A stretch of DNA of 64,000 nt, from NCBI GenBank assembly GCA_047285805.1, contig JBJBCN010000002.1, positions 832,001 to 896,000 of the forward strand. The letters are read 5' to 3'. This stretch comes from Synechococcus sp. Its GTDB lineage: Bacteria > Cyanobacteriota > Cyanobacteriia > PCC-6307 > Cyanobiaceae. The position numbers were made by a program, and so were the translations under genes. Position 1 is the first letter of the stretch, and each line of letters opens with the position of its first letter. The notes under the pieces are model-generated. The model searched no databases and was not told where the DNA came from. It worked only from the letters and a program-made list of their open reading frames with translations. Shown here in pieces: positions 1 to 10,769 of the stretch.

Positions 1-455
1 CGGACGGCAGCGGTCGCATGGCAGCCGTGGATGCCGAGGACATCGCCCTCTTGCAACTCCAGTTGGAAGATCGCCAGGGGCGCTCAATCCCGGCTCAGGT
101 GGCGCTGGCCTCGGTGACCAAACCGGGGCGCGGCTACTGGATCGAGGTCTACGGCAGCGGGGGGAGCCTGGTGCTGGGCTCCAGCAACCAGAGCGATTAT
201 GTCCATGGCTTCAAGCTCTGGCGCTCCGGTCCATCCGGTGCTCTCGAGGAGATCAGCCCGGATCCCAGCCTGGCCTTCCCCCAGACGTGGCCGGACGGTC
301 GCCTAGCCGCCGTGCGCCGGATCACCCAGTGGTGGGCCGAAGCCGCCATTGAGGGCAAACCCATGATTCCCGGGCTGTCAGAGGCTGTCTTGAGCCAGCG
401 GGTCTGCGATCTAGCCCTGGAATCGGCCGACAGCGGGCTGCGGGCCCGGCTTTAA
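1..455 (+). CDS. Gfo/Idh/MocA-family oxidoreductase, C-terminal part (runs in from the window edge)
   Basis: VDAEDIA..., IEVYGSGGSLVL and PGLSEAVLSQRVCD segments are typical of the Gfo/Idh/MocA C-terminus. Confidence 0.7.
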   Translation, partial: DGSGRMAAVDAEDIALLQLQLEDRQGRSIPAQVALASVTKPGRGYWIEVYGSGGSLVLGSSNQSDYVHGFKLWRSGPSGALEEISPDPSLAFPQTWPDGRLAAVRRITQWWAEAAIEGKPMIPGLSEAVLSQRVCDLALESADSGLRARL

Positions 456-504
456 CGGAAAAGGCGCCGGTTAGGATCGCCCCCATTCCCTTATTTGTGT
501 ACCC

Positions 505-1578
505 ATGGCGCTCGTTCCGCTTCGGCTGCTGCTTGACCACGCCGCTGAAAACGGCTACGGCATCCCTGCTTTCAACGTCAACAACCTGGAGCAGGTGCAG
601 TCGATCATGGAGGCTGCCTACGAGACCGATAGCCCCGTCATCCTGCAGGCCTCCCGAGGCGCCCGTCAGTATGCCGGTGAGAACTTCCTGCGTCACCTGA
701 TCCTGGCTGCCGTTGAGACCTATCCCGACATCCCTGTCGTGATGCACCAGGACCACGGCAACAGCCCTGCCACCTGCTTCGGTGCTGCCGCTAACGGCTT
801 CACCTCCGTGATGATGGACGGCTCCCTGGAAGACGACGCCAAGACCCCTGCCAGCTACGACTACAACGTGGCTGTCACCAAGGAAGTCGTCGACGTGGCC
901 CACGCCATCGGCGTAAGTGTCGAGGGTGAGCTGGGTTGCCTGGGATCCCTGGAGACCGGTATGGGCGAAGCCGAGGATGGCCACGGTTTCGAGGGCAAGC
1001 TCGACCACAGCCAGCTGCTGACCGACCCCGCTGAGGCTGCCGACTTCGTCGCCAAGACCAAGGTGGACGCCCTGGCCATCGCCATCGGCACCAGCCACGG
1101 CGCCTACAAGTTCACCCGGAAGCCCACCGGTGAAGTGCTGGCCATCAGCCGCATCGCTGAAATCCACAAGGCCATCCCCAACACCCACCTGGTGATGCAC
1201 GGCTCCTCCTCCGTGCCGCAGGAATGGCTGGAGATGATCAATAAGTTCGGTGGTGCCATCCCCGAGACCTACGGCGTGCCCGTCGAGGAAATCCAGGAAG
1301 GCATCCGGAACGGTGTCCGCAAGGTCAACATCGACACCGACAACCGCCTGGCCTTCACCGCTGCTGTGCGTGAAGCCGCGATGAAGGATCCCGCCAACTT
1401 CGACCCCCGCCACTTCAACAAGCCCGCCCGGGCCTATATGAAGCAGGTCTGCCTCGATCGCTACCAGCAGTTCTGGTGTGCCGGCAACGCCAGCAAGATC
1501 AAGCAGCGCGACATCAACTACTACGCCAGCCTCTACGCCAAGGGCGAACTGGAACCCAAGTCCGCCGTAGCTGCCTGA
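505..1578 (+). CDS. fbaA: Class II fructose-bisphosphate aldolase
   Basis: [47 protein letters not shown] motifs; strongly biased codon use. Confidence 0.98.
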   Translation: MALVPLRLLLDHAAENGYGIPAFNVNNLEQVQSIMEAAYETDSPVILQASRGARQYAGENFLRHLILAAVETYPDIPVVMHQDHGNSPATCFGAAANGFTSVMMDGSLEDDAKTPASYDYNVAVTKEVVDVAHAIGVSVEGELGCLGSLETGMGEAEDGHGFEGKLDHSQLLTDPAEAADFVAKTKVDALAIAIGTSHGAYKFTRKPTGEVLAISRIAEIHKAIPNTHLVMHGSSSVPQEWLEMINKFGGAIPETYGVPVEEIQEGIRNGVRKVNIDTDNRLAFTAAVREAAMKDPANFDPRHFNKPARAYMKQVCLDRYQQFWCAGNASKIKQRDINYYASLYAKGELEPKSAVAA

Positions 1579-1603
1579 CCCAGGCTTTCCACTGATGTCA
1601 TAC

Positions 1604-1626
1604 GGGGCCCGCAAGGGCCCTTTTTT
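1604..1626 (+). terminator. Intrinsic terminator after fbaA
   Basis: GGGCCC-GCAA-GGGCCC hairpin followed by a T run. Confidence 0.85.
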
Positions 1627-1633
1627 GTACTCG

Positions 1634-4558
1634 CTAGGGCAGGAGTGGCTGGGGCAGGGTCAAGGCCCGCATGCCGTTGCTGGGCTGAGCGGCCACCAGC
1701 TTGGCGAGGGCCTCATCAAAGGTGGGCTCCATCACGAAGCGCCGGCCATCTGTCACGACCACCCGCACCAAGGTCGGCAGGGCGTTGCTGTTGCTCTGGA
1801 GGTAGATGGGCTCCACGTAGAGCAGACCTTGACCCACGGGCATCGCCAAGAGATTGCCCCGCAGGAGGCGGGAGCCCACCCGGTTCCAAAGACCGAACTG
1901 ATAGCTAATCGCCGGGTCCTGCTCGATCAGCGCCGAGATCTGCTGGGGTCCCAACAGCAGCCGCTGCTGCGGGAAGCGCACCAGGAACAACTCGCCGTAG
2001 TTCGGGGTGTCGTTACGGGCCGCCAACCAACCGACCATGTTGGGCCGTTTTAGCGGGGTGAACGGGAGCAGCAGGACGAATTCAGGCCGTTGCTGAGCGG
2101 GAAGCTGCATCGTCACGTGGTACGGACGGACCGGTACCGGAGACGAGGCGTCGCCGTAGATCTCCAGCGGCAACGCCCAGACGTCGTCGCCGTTGTAGAA
2201 GGTGCGTACGTCCGTGACGTGGTAGCGCAGCAGGCGTTCGGCCTGAATGTTGAACTGACTCTTGGGGACCTGGATGTGGGCCAGAAGAGCCTTGGGCATC
2301 GATGAGAGCGGACGGAAGAGATCCGGGAAAACCTTCCGCCAGGTGCGCAGCACCGGATCGCTCGGATCGTTTACATAGAGCCAGACATCCCCGTTGTAGG
2401 CATTGACGACCGCCTTGACCGGGTTGCGGAAGTAGCGAATCCCATCGGGATTGGCATCGGAATAGGGGTAGCTGCGGCTCTCCGTGAAGCCATCGAGCAT
2501 CCAGTACTGGTGATGCTCAGGCCGATAGTCGGGGTCATCGCCCACCCGGGCCGTGACCAGATAGGGCTTGCTCTCAAAGCGGAGGAAGGGGGCCAGGGCC
2601 TGAAGGCGGTCGTTGACCTGCCGGCGCACGAGCAGGCGCGACGAAGGGGTCAAGGACCCGGTGAACAGCAAGCGGGCCTCATTGAGATAGATCGCCGCCA
2701 TCAGGCGATCCAGGGGGCCATGGATCGGAACCCCGGCCTTCCCGTCGTAATGGGAATAGACGTTGAGGTCACCCTCGGGGTAGTCGAACTCCCGCACCTG
2801 GGAGGGGGCTATCGCGTAGGGCGCCGGAGCCGACGCGAAATAGAGCCGCGGGCGACCCACCGGGAGGAAGCGCTCAACGCGCTTTTGGCTCTGGCCGAGT
2901 TGGGGCAGGGCCTGAACGCGGCCGCTGCGGCCCAGGTCTTTGACGAAGTACAGCGGGAGCCCGTCGCTGCCCGAGACGTTCACCGGGGACACCGTGAAGC
3001 CGTAGCCATGGGTGAAGACCAGGTGGCGGTTGAGCCAGGTGCGCGAACCCTTGGCCAAGGCCGAGGAGTCGAGTTCGCGGGCTGCGATCAACACCTGCTG
3101 GGAGCCCAATGCGCTGGCGTCGGCATTCAGGGGATACCTATCGACGGCGGCGGAAGGGAAGTCGTAGTAAAGCCGCAATTGCTGTAGCTGACGGTTGGCC
3201 TCCAGCAAGGGGGTGCTGTCCCAGAGCCGCACGTTGGCCAGGGTCCCCTCAGCGCTCTTGAGATCCGCCGCGCTGAGTTGCTGCTTGGGCTCGAGATCGA
3301 GCTCGCGCACCGCCTCAAGACCAAAGGCCCGGCGGGTGGCCGCGATGGCCCGCCGGAGATAGGGGGTTTCCAGTTGCAGCTCCCGGGGCTGCACCCAGAC
3401 CCGCTGCACGAGTGGTGCCAGGCCCCACTCCACGATCGGCAGAAGGCAGGCGGCCGCCAGCAAGGGGAGCATCGCCGCCCGGCGAAACCAGGAGCGGGGA
3501 ACGGATACCAACAGGCCGAGGCCACTCATCAGGAGCAAGAGGGCCAAGAGCAGCCGCAGCGGCAGGCGGATATGCAGGTCCACGAAGCCAGCCCCCGAGG
3601 CCACCCCGCTGCCTTCCACCATCAGGTCAAAGGGACTCAGTCCATAACTGAGGGCGACCATTAGGGCCAGAACGGCCAGCTGGGGTTGCAGTACCCGCTG
3701 CTGCTCCCGGCCCAACCCCGGGAAGCGAAGGTCGGTCAAGACCGTGCCTTCGCTGAAGGTCAACCAGAGGCAGCCGACAAAGCCAATCAGGACCTGGGCG
3801 ATCACCAGGCTCACTAGCAGGTGCAGGGCCGGCAGGCGCAGCACCGTGAAGCTCAGGTCAAAGCCGGTGAGGGGATCGGCCTCGCCAAAGGGAACCGCCA
3901 GCAGGCCCGGGAGCCACAGACTCCAACCCCGGGCGCAGGCTGTGGCCGAGCCGGCCAGGGCGGCCGCGAGGCTTATGCGCAAGGTCGTGTAAGGCCAGCG
4001 CAAGAGGCAGGGGAGCAGCACGACCGCCAGGCCAAACACCAGGGCCGGCGGCAACTCAGCAAGTACCGTTAGGTCGGTTATCACTTCACCGCCGAAGGGA
4101 TCCAGGATCAGGCCTCGGGCCTGCAAAAAGAGATAGCTCAGACCCATCACCAGCAGGAGCAATAGGCCCACGAGCACGGCCACGAGCGGGCCGCTAGAGA
4201 GAGGGGCAAGAGGGCGCTCCTGCAGTTGCTTGCGCGGTGCCTCCTGCCTAAGGCGCCAACAACGGCGCAATTGCTGAAGCTGCAGCGGCAAGCCAAGGCC
4301 CAGCACTAGGGCAAAGGCCAGGCACTGGAAGAGCCAACGGCGCAAGACCACCGTCAAGGCATCGAACTGAGCGAACCACTGCGCCTCGATCACCAGGCGC
4401 GGCAGCAGCACCAGAAAACCCAGCACCAGGGCTCCGCCTGAAGACCAACGCAAGAGCCGCCTAAGGCCTTCAACCGATACCTGCACGAACTGAGCCGATC
4501 CCTGGCCGAGATTAGGCAGTACAACCGCTGGGTCAAGCCGCCGACAAGGGACCATCAC
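1634..4558 (-). CDS. UPF0182 family membrane protein (start uncertain)
   Basis: N-terminal TM segments; NVRLWD, YDFPSAAVDRY, HLVFTHGYG, YHVTD, LLYVEPIYLQ motifs. Confidence 0.92.
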   Translation of the reverse strand: MMVPCRRLDPAVVLPNLGQGSAQFVQVSVEGLRRLLRWSSGGALVLGFLVLLPRLVIEAQWFAQFDALTVVLRRWLFQCLAFALVLGLGLPLQLQQLRRCWRLRQEAPRKQLQERPLAPLSSGPLVAVLVGLLLLLVMGLSYLFLQARGLILDPFGGEVITDLTVLAELPPALVFGLAVVLLPCLLRWPYTTLRISLAAALAGSATACARGWSLWLPGLLAVPFGEADPLTGFDLSFTVLRLPALHLLVSLVIAQVLIGFVGCLWLTFSEGTVLTDLRFPGLGREQQRVLQPQLAVLALMVALSYGLSPFDLMVEGSGVASGAGFVDLHIRLPLRLLLALLLLMSGLGLLVSVPRSWFRRAAMLPLLAAACLLPIVEWGLAPLVQRVWVQPRELQLETPYLRRAIAATRRAFGLEAVRELDLEPKQQLSAADLKSAEGTLANVRLWDSTPLLEANRQLQQLRLYYDFPSAAVDRYPLNADASALGSQQVLIAARELDSSALAKGSRTWLNRHLVFTHGYGFTVSPVNVSGSDGLPLYFVKDLGRSGRVQALPQLGQSQKRVERFLPVGRPRLYFASAPAPYAIAPSQVREFDYPEGDLNVYSHYDGKAGVPIHGPLDRLMAAIYLNEARLLFTGSLTPSSRLLVRRQVNDRLQALAPFLRFESKPYLVTARVGDDPDYRPEHHQYWMLDGFTESRSYPYSDANPDGIRYFRNPVKAVVNAYNGDVWLYVNDPSDPVLRTWRKVFPDLFRPLSSMPKALLAHIQVPKSQFNIQAERLLRYHVTDVRTFYNGDDVWALPLEIYGDASSPVPVRPYHVTMQLPAQQRPEFVLLLPFTPLKRPNMVGWLAARNDTPNYGELFLVRFPQQRLLLGPQQISALIEQDPAISYQFGLWNRVGSRLLRGNLLAMPVGQGLLYVEPIYLQSNSNALPTLVRVVVTDGRRFVMEPTFDEALAKLVAAQPSNGMRALTLPQPLLP

Positions 4559-4650
4559 GACTCTTGGCCAATACCCGACCCAGGAGATCGGGTTTAAACA
4601 AGTCCGTCAATAGTCGCTGCTAATTTCAAGCGAATGTTGAGGGTCTGAAG

Positions 4651-5931
4651 TTGACGGCAACCGTTTCCCGCTCCAGCGTTGGGCCGACCTTCACAGGACT
4701 GCGCTGCAAGGAATGCGGCCAGGCCTACGACCCTGGTGCCCGCCACGTCTGCGAGGACGTCTGCTTCGGTCCACTCGAGGTGGTCTACGACTACGAGGCG
4801 ATCAAGAACCGCGTCAGCCGCGCCACGATCGAAGCCGGCCCCGCATCCATCTGGCGCTATCGCGATTTTCTGCCGATCGAGGGGGACCCGATTGATGTCG
4901 GTACAGGCTTCACCCCCCTGCTGAAGGCGGACAATCTGGCCAGGCGCCTTGGTCTTAAGAGCCTTTACATTAAGAACGACGGCGTCAACATGCCCACCCT
5001 GTCCTTCAAGGACCGGGTCGTTTCCGTCGCCCTGACCCGAGCCCGGGAACTGGGCTTCAAGACCGTCAGCTGCGCCTCCACGGGCAACCTCGCCAACTCC
5101 ACCGCCGCCATCGCCGCCCACGCGGGCCTCGATTGCTGCGTCTTCATCCCCAGCGACCTGGAGCTGGGCAAAGTGCTCGGCACCTTGATCTACAACCCCA
5201 CCCTGATGGCGGTGAAGGGGAACTACGACCAGGTCAACCGCCTCTGCTCCGAGGTCGCCAACACCTATGGCTGGGGCTTCGTCAACATCAACCTGCGCCC
5301 CTACTACTCCGAGGGCTCCAAGACCCTCGGCTATGAGGTAATCGAGCAGCTGGGTTGGGAACTCCCCGACCACGTCGTGGCGCCCCTCGCCTCCGGCTCC
5401 CTCTTCACCAAGATCCGCAAGGGCTTCGACGAATTCATCAAGTGCGGCTTGGTGGACGAGAAGGCCGTGCGCTTCAGCGGGGCCCAAGCCGAGGGCTGTA
5501 ACCCCATCGCCGAGGCCTTCCGCGAAGGCCGTGACTTCATCACCCCCGTGAAGCCGAACACGATCGCCAAATCGATCGCCATCGGTAACCCCGCTGATGG
5601 CCCCTACTCCATCGACATCGCCAACCGCACCGGCGGCAACATCACCGACGTCAACGACACCGAGATCGTTGAGGGCATCAAGCTCCTGGCCGAGACCGAA
5701 GGCGTGTTCACCGAAACGGCTGGCGGCACCACGATTGCTGTCCTCAAGAAGCTGGTGGAACAGGGCAAGATCAACCCCGAAGAGCGCACCGTGGCCTACA
5801 TCACGGGCAACGGCCTCAAGACCACCGAAGCGGTGGTCGATGCCATCGGCAAGCCCTACACCATCGAGGCTCAACTGGACAGCTTCAACAGCGCCTGGAA
5901 GCGAGCCCAGGCCGATCAAGCGCAGGCCTGA
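4651..5931 (+). CDS. thrC: Threonine synthase-like fold-type II PLP enzyme with N-terminal zinc ribbon
   Basis: CKEC...CEDVC ribbon, GFTPL, PTLSFKDR (PLP Lys), CASTGNLANS, EGSKTL, ITGNGLK. Confidence 0.88.
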   Translation: MTATVSRSSVGPTFTGLRCKECGQAYDPGARHVCEDVCFGPLEVVYDYEAIKNRVSRATIEAGPASIWRYRDFLPIEGDPIDVGTGFTPLLKADNLARRLGLKSLYIKNDGVNMPTLSFKDRVVSVALTRARELGFKTVSCASTGNLANSTAAIAAHAGLDCCVFIPSDLELGKVLGTLIYNPTLMAVKGNYDQVNRLCSEVANTYGWGFVNINLRPYYSEGSKTLGYEVIEQLGWELPDHVVAPLASGSLFTKIRKGFDEFIKCGLVDEKAVRFSGAQAEGCNPIAEAFREGRDFITPVKPNTIAKSIAIGNPADGPYSIDIANRTGGNITDVNDTEIVEGIKLLAETEGVFTETAGGTTIAVLKKLVEQGKINPEERTVAYITGNGLKTTEAVVDAIGKPYTIEAQLDSFNSAWKRAQADQAQA

Positions 5932-5970
5932 TCCCCCACGACCTCCTTACCGTCCCATCTCCCTCCTGCC

Positions 5971-6246
5971 ATGCCCGTTCAGGTCCTGATCCCCACCCCG
6001 CTACAGAAGTTCACCAACGATGAGGCCAGCGTCGCCCTGGACGCCTCCAGCGTGGACGAGCTGATCGACGCCCTCGACTGCCGCTACCCCGGCCTAAAGG
6101 GTCGGCTCTGTGATGAGGCCGGCAAGCTTCGCCGTTTCCTAAACGTCTACGTGAACAGCGAGGATATTCGTTTCCTCGAGAACCAAACCACCCCTCTCAA
6201 GGATGGGGACGAAGTCAGCATCGTGCCCGCCGTTGCTGGGGGCTGA
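5971..6246 (+). CDS. MoaD/ThiS-family ubiquitin-like sulfur carrier
   Basis: 91 aa; [13 protein letters not shown]-terminal VPAVAGG di-glycine. Confidence 0.93.
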   Translation: MPVQVLIPTPLQKFTNDEASVALDASSVDELIDALDCRYPGLKGRLCDEAGKLRRFLNVYVNSEDIRFLENQTTPLKDGDEVSIVPAVAGG

Positions 6247-6352
6247 TCCTGCGCTGTAGCGATTCCTTCAGCAGCTCAGCGCCAAAGCTGATTGGATCAA
6301 CGATTTACAGGCTCGCTCTGGAGTCCCCTCCCTCTGGACCTGGTGTCCTCCG

Positions 6353-7336
6353 ATGACTCAAACCCCGGATCGTCCATCAACAGACCTTGGACTCCACCTC
6401 CAGGGCGACGCCCCGCAGCAGACCCCCTTGGCCGACAAGGCCCAACTGTTTGATTACCGGCAAGCCGCGAACCCGATCCGCAGCGGACTGACCGAACCGA
6501 TTCCCTACCGCTGCTGGGGAGCCGATCTGCATGGCAGAGGGCCCAGCGGCATACTTCCGTTGGACCTCAGCAGCGAGCTCGGTACTAGTGGTCCCGCCAC
6601 CAGCCCCGGTCTCGCCGCCCACTTTATTCGCATCGAAGCTGGAGAAGGGGTACGCGCCGCAGCCAACGCCACCAGCTCCCTCTTCTTCGTCCTCTCCGGT
6701 GAGGGGGTCTGCCGCGTTCGCGAGACCGACCAAGACACCACCATCCACTGGAGCGAAGGTGACATTTTTGTCCTGCCCTGCGGCGGGACACCCTTGCTCG
6801 AGGCGACCTCAACGAGCGTCCTCTACTGGGTGCACGACGCCCCTCTGCTCAACTACCTGGGGGCACTCCCCAGTGAGCCCCGCTTCGACGCCACCCATTA
6901 CCGGGGCGCGTGGTTGCGCTCAAAGCTGCTTAAGCTCGCCGAGCAGCCCGGCAGCGCGAGCAGCAATCGCATCAGCCTGCTCCTGGCGAACCGGGATTTG
7001 CCCAGCACCCGCACGGTCACCCATGTGCTTTGGGCGATGTATGGCATCGTCCCGCCCGGCGCGACCCAGGCCCCCCACCGTCACCAGTCCGTGGCCCTGG
7101 ACCTAATTATTGATTGCCAGCCCGGGGTCTACACCCTGGTGGGCACCGAACTCAACACCGATGGCAGCATCAGTAACCCGAATCGGATCGACTGGGAAGC
7201 GGGTGGGGCCTTCATTACGCCTCCCGGCCATTGGCACTCCCACGTCAACGAAAGCGGTGAGCCGGCCTATTTGCTGCCGATTCAGGACGCAGGGCTACAG
7301 ACCCACCTGCGCAGCCTCGACATTCGCTTTGCCTAG
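6353..7336 (+). CDS. Bicupin protein (gentisate 1,2-dioxygenase-like)
   Basis: Two cupin barrels; PHRHQS...[13 protein letters not shown] metal motif in the second. Confidence 0.8.
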   Translation: MTQTPDRPSTDLGLHLQGDAPQQTPLADKAQLFDYRQAANPIRSGLTEPIPYRCWGADLHGRGPSGILPLDLSSELGTSGPATSPGLAAHFIRIEAGEGVRAAANATSSLFFVLSGEGVCRVRETDQDTTIHWSEGDIFVLPCGGTPLLEATSTSVLYWVHDAPLLNYLGALPSEPRFDATHYRGAWLRSKLLKLAEQPGSASSNRISLLLANRDLPSTRTVTHVLWAMYGIVPPGATQAPHRHQSVALDLIIDCQPGVYTLVGTELNTDGSISNPNRIDWEAGGAFITPPGHWHSHVNESGEPAYLLPIQDAGLQTHLRSLDIRFA

Positions 7337-9175
7337 ATCGTCAGCGCGTTCAACCACGGCCCGGAAGTCAGGCCCCTCAATGGTTTCGCGCTCGATCAAC
7401 AGGTTGACCAGCTCATCCATCAGATCCCGGCGGGACTCAAGCAGCGAGACCGCCTGATCAAGGGCATGGCGCGCCAACTGCTGCACCTCGGCATCGATGC
7501 GGTTGCTCGTCTTCTGGGAGTGGTGCGGTTCGGAACGTAACCAATCGCGGCCCAGGAAAACCTCAGAACCCTCCCCCTCCAGCGAGAGCGGACCCATGGA
7601 TGAGAAGCCGTAACGGGTCACCATCTCCCGGGCGATCCGGCTCACCATCTCCAGGTCACTGGAGGCGCCCTGGGTGATCTCACTGGGGCCGAAGACGACC
7701 AACTCAGCGGCTCGACCGCCCATCGCCATCACCATCCTGGCTTCGAGATAGGCCTTGCTGATCAAGCCCGAATCGAGGACCTCCTCATCGGGCATCGTGC
7801 GGGCAAATCCCCCCACGCCCCCGGACCGGGGAAGCAGGGTCACCTTGTCGAGCTCTTCCGACTTGGGCAGCACGGTGGCCAAGAGGGCATGGCCAATTTC
7901 GTGATAAGCGATCAGGCGCTTCTTCGCGTTGTCCTGGAGCGGCGCCGCCGTCAGGCCCATCGTGATCCGCTCAAGGGCGTCGCTGATGGCCTGATCATTG
8001 ATGCTTTGGCGCTCGCGGCGGGCCGTCAGGATGGCCGCCTCATTGAGCAGGTTGGACAGATCAGCGCCCGAGAAGCCTGGGGTTCGGCTCGCCCAATCGG
8101 CCAGGGAGACCTCGGGTTCCAGGGGCCTGGAGCGGGCATGGACCGCAAGGATCGCCTCGCGGCCACGACGGTCGGGGAGATCCACATTGATCCGCCGATC
8201 GAACCGACCGGGACGCATCAGGGCAACATCCAAGACATCCGGGCGGTTCGTCGCCGCCAACAGAATCACCCCAGAGTTTTCCGCAAAGCCATCCATCTCC
8301 GTGAGGAGTTGGTTCAGCGTCTGCTCGCGCTCATCGTTGCCGCCCCCAATCCCCGCGCCGCGCTGACGGCCAACGGCGTCGATCTCGTCAATAAAGATGA
8401 TGCAAGGAGCCTTCTCCTTGGCCTGGCGGAAGAGATCGCGGACGCGGCTCGCGCCAACACCCACAAACAGCTCGACAAATTCCGAGGCGGCCATCGAGAA
8501 GAAGGGCACACCCGCCTCTCCGGCAATCGCCTTGGCCAAGAGGGTCTTACCTGTCCCGGGAGGTCCCACCAACAGGACACCCTTCGGGATGCGCGCTCCG
8601 ACGGCCGTGAAGCGCTCGGGTTCCTTCAAGAAGGCCACCACTTCCTGGAGTTCCTCCTTGGCTTCGTTGATGCCGGCGACATCTTCAAAACGAACCGCCA
8701 CCGCCGATTCCGGTTCGGCCATGCGGGCTTTACTGCGGCCGAAGCCCATCGCCCGATTGGCCACCTGACTGGAGCGCCGGATCAAGAGAGCCAAGCCCGC
8801 GAACAGCAACAGCAGCAGCAAGCCGTTGGACACCAGGCTGGCCGTCGCACGGTCCTGCCTGTCATCGCGAACCGTGAGCGGGACTTGCGCCTCCTGAGCC
8901 GTGCGCAGCAAGACCTGATCGTTGCTGAAGATCGGAACCTGGGTGCGGCGGCCATCGGTGTACGTCACCTGCACCTCGCGGCGGCCCGGTGAGAGCAAGA
9001 GTTCTTTGACAGTCCCGCCCTTGAGCTGCGTCAGCAGCTGGCTGTAGCTGGGGGGCGCCGGGCTGCTGATGCCGAGATCACTCCAGAGTTCAGCACGCCT
9101 TGAAGCAGGGGCGGGCGAGGCTTGTGAGGAGGGCACCTGCTGCGCTTGCTGATCCGGAGACGCGCCGCTGCTCAC
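7295..9175 (-). CDS. ftsH: ATP-dependent zinc metalloprotease FtsH (FtsH4-like)
   Basis: GPPGTGKT Walker A, IFIDEIDA Walker B, RPGRFDR SRH, HEIGH zinc motif. Confidence 0.97.
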   Translation of the reverse strand: MSSGASPDQQAQQVPSSQASPAPASRRAELWSDLGISSPAPPSYSQLLTQLKGGTVKELLLSPGRREVQVTYTDGRRTQVPIFSNDQVLLRTAQEAQVPLTVRDDRQDRATASLVSNGLLLLLLFAGLALLIRRSSQVANRAMGFGRSKARMAEPESAVAVRFEDVAGINEAKEELQEVVAFLKEPERFTAVGARIPKGVLLVGPPGTGKTLLAKAIAGEAGVPFFSMAASEFVELFVGVGASRVRDLFRQAKEKAPCIIFIDEIDAVGRQRGAGIGGGNDEREQTLNQLLTEMDGFAENSGVILLAATNRPDVLDVALMRPGRFDRRINVDLPDRRGREAILAVHARSRPLEPEVSLADWASRTPGFSGADLSNLLNEAAILTARRERQSINDQAISDALERITMGLTAAPLQDNAKKRLIAYHEIGHALLATVLPKSEELDKVTLLPRSGGVGGFARTMPDEEVLDSGLISKAYLEARMVMAMGGRAAELVVFGPSEITQGASSDLEMVSRIAREMVTRYGFSSMGPLSLEGEGSEVFLGRDWLRSEPHHSQKTSNRIDAEVQQLARHALDQAVSLLESRRDLMDELVNLLIERETIEGPDFRAVVERADDLGKANVEAAQVGL

Positions 9176-9264
9176 ATGAATCTGTCGTTGATCGGAGCTT
9201 AGCGATTTGACGAAAGGAAAGACGGCAAGGGAAGATCTTGGTTTGGCCGACTAGGTAAAGCGGG

Positions 9265-9441
9265 ATGGCTGTTCCCAAGAAGAAAACGTCCAAGGGCAAG
9301 CGGAACCAGCGCCACGCCACCTGGAAGGGCAAAGCTGCCGTGGCAGCTCAGAAGGCACTCTCCATCGGCAAGGCCGTGCTGAGCGGCCGTGCACAGGGCT
9401 TCGTCTACCCCGTCGCTGAAGAGGACGGCGACGAGGCCTGA
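9265..9441 (+). CDS. rpmF: 50S ribosomal protein L32 (below ORF-track cutoff)
   Basis: Read by hand: [58 protein letters not shown]. Confidence 0.97.
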   Translation: MAVPKKKTSKGKRNQRHATWKGKAAVAAQKALSIGKAVLSGRAQGFVYPVAEEDGDEA

Positions 9442-9538
9442 TCGCCCGACCGAAATCGTCCGCTCTCGTTGACGGAAAGGGGTCGGCAGAACCCTGGAAG
9501 CGCTGCTCACTAGAGCGGCGCTTTTTGCTTCTAAGCAC

Positions 9539-9883
9539 TCAGGAGCCGAGCTTGAAGGCTTCCAGAACAACGGCATAGACCAAGCCGATCCTGAGGTTGT
9601 CGAGCACAAGCCAGCCCAAAGCCAGCCGGCCCTGAACGACACGGGTACGGATACGAACGACCAGCTCCAGCAGCAGAACCACGGAGAGCACCACCAAGGG
9701 GCGCTGACCAATCGTCTGTAGCCACCAGCTGGTGACATTCTGACCCGCATAGAAGCCAAAGAGCAGAGCGAGCACCCCAACGCTGCGGCGACGCCAACTG
9801 CCCTGGAAGGATCCCCAGAGCACCTGGGCACCCTGGCGTTGCAGACGATCAAAGCGGGTGTCCTGAATGGGCATCCGGATCAT
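9539..9883 (-). CDS. DUF565/Ycf20-family membrane protein
   Basis: MQDTRF-like start, SWRRRS, C-terminal LDNLRIGLVYAVVLEAFKLGS. Confidence 0.88.
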   Translation of the reverse strand: MIRMPIQDTRFDRLQRQGAQVLWGSFQGSWRRRSVGVLALLFGFYAGQNVTSWWLQTIGQRPLVVLSVVLLLELVVRIRTRVVQGRLALGWLVLDNLRIGLVYAVVLEAFKLGS

Positions 9884-10644
9884 CCGCCTGGAAAGAGCTG
9901 CTGGAGATAGGACAGCGTGATCTGGCCCTCAGGGCAAGCCGGTCCGCGAAAGACCTGACAGGGCGCCCCGGGATCCCCCAGGCCATCGAGCAGGGCAGCG
10001 GCGCCCGCGAAGTGGGCGTCGGGTTCCTGGAAGCTGGAGGCACTGCGGGTAGCCAGGACCGTCAGCCCCGCGGCACGAGCCGCCGTCACCCCATGACCGG
10101 AGTCCTCGACGGCCAACACCCGATCAGCGCCGCAGGCCAATCGCTCCAGGGCTCGGACATAGCCCTGGGGGTCGGGCTTTTTGGCCGTGACATCTTCCCC
10201 GCAGACCCAAAACTCCAACCGATCACGGTGCTGCGGCAGCTGGCGGGAGAGCAGGACCTCGACGGCGGAACGTCCACTTGTGGTCACGATGGCCTGCCGC
10301 ACTCCGGCCGCGGCCGCGGTCTCCATCAGCCGAAGGACACCCGGCCGCAGCCGGATCTCGCCCGCCGCCACCAGTTCGCCGTAGTGGCGCTGCTTTGAGC
10401 GCTGCAGGGCCTCCAAGCGGTACTCACTCGGGCGCTGGCCTTCCGCTTGCTCGAGAAAAACTGCCATCCGCTCACGGCCGCCGGTCACCCTGAGCAACTC
10501 GAGATAAAGGGAGGGGTCCCATTGCCAGGGCAGCCCTGCCTCGGCCATTGCGCGGTTGAACGCCAGACGGTGCCCATCCAGCTCCGTCTCAGCCAGCGTG
10601 CCGTCCACATCCCACAGGAGCGCCTCGGGGGCCAATCGCGACAC
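9880..10644 (-). CDS. HAD-superfamily hydrolase, CbbY-like (GTG start estimated)
   Basis: WDVDGTLAETE, TGGRER, VTTS, KKPDP, AVEDSGHG motifs. Confidence 0.9.
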   Translation of the reverse strand: MSRLAPEALLWDVDGTLAETELDGHRLAFNRAMAEAGLPWQWDPSLYLELLRVTGGRERMAVFLEQAEGQRPSEYRLEALQRSKQRHYGELVAAGEIRLRPGVLRLMETAAAAGVRQAIVTTSGRSAVEVLLSRQLPQHRDRLEFWVCGEDVTAKKPDPQGYVRALERLACGADRVLAVEDSGHGVTAARAAGLTVLATRSASSFQEPDAHFAGAAALLDGLGDPGAPCQVFRGPACPEGQITLSYLQQLFPGG

Positions 10645-10769
10645 GGAGCGGCGGACTGCTGGGGTGAGGCTAAGGGAGCTGGCCGGTGGGGCCTCGACAG
10701 GATCTTTCCACGGCTCAAAATGGAAGCCGACGAACCGCAGGCGTGCTCCTCGAGTCTCCAGAGAAACGC

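Noticed and set aside
322..5919. Long antisense ORFs (e.g. 322-1614, 4594-5919, and similar ones over ftsH, acsF, the helicase and nrdJ)
   Set aside because: Shadow frames of GC3-biased real genes; no protein motifs.
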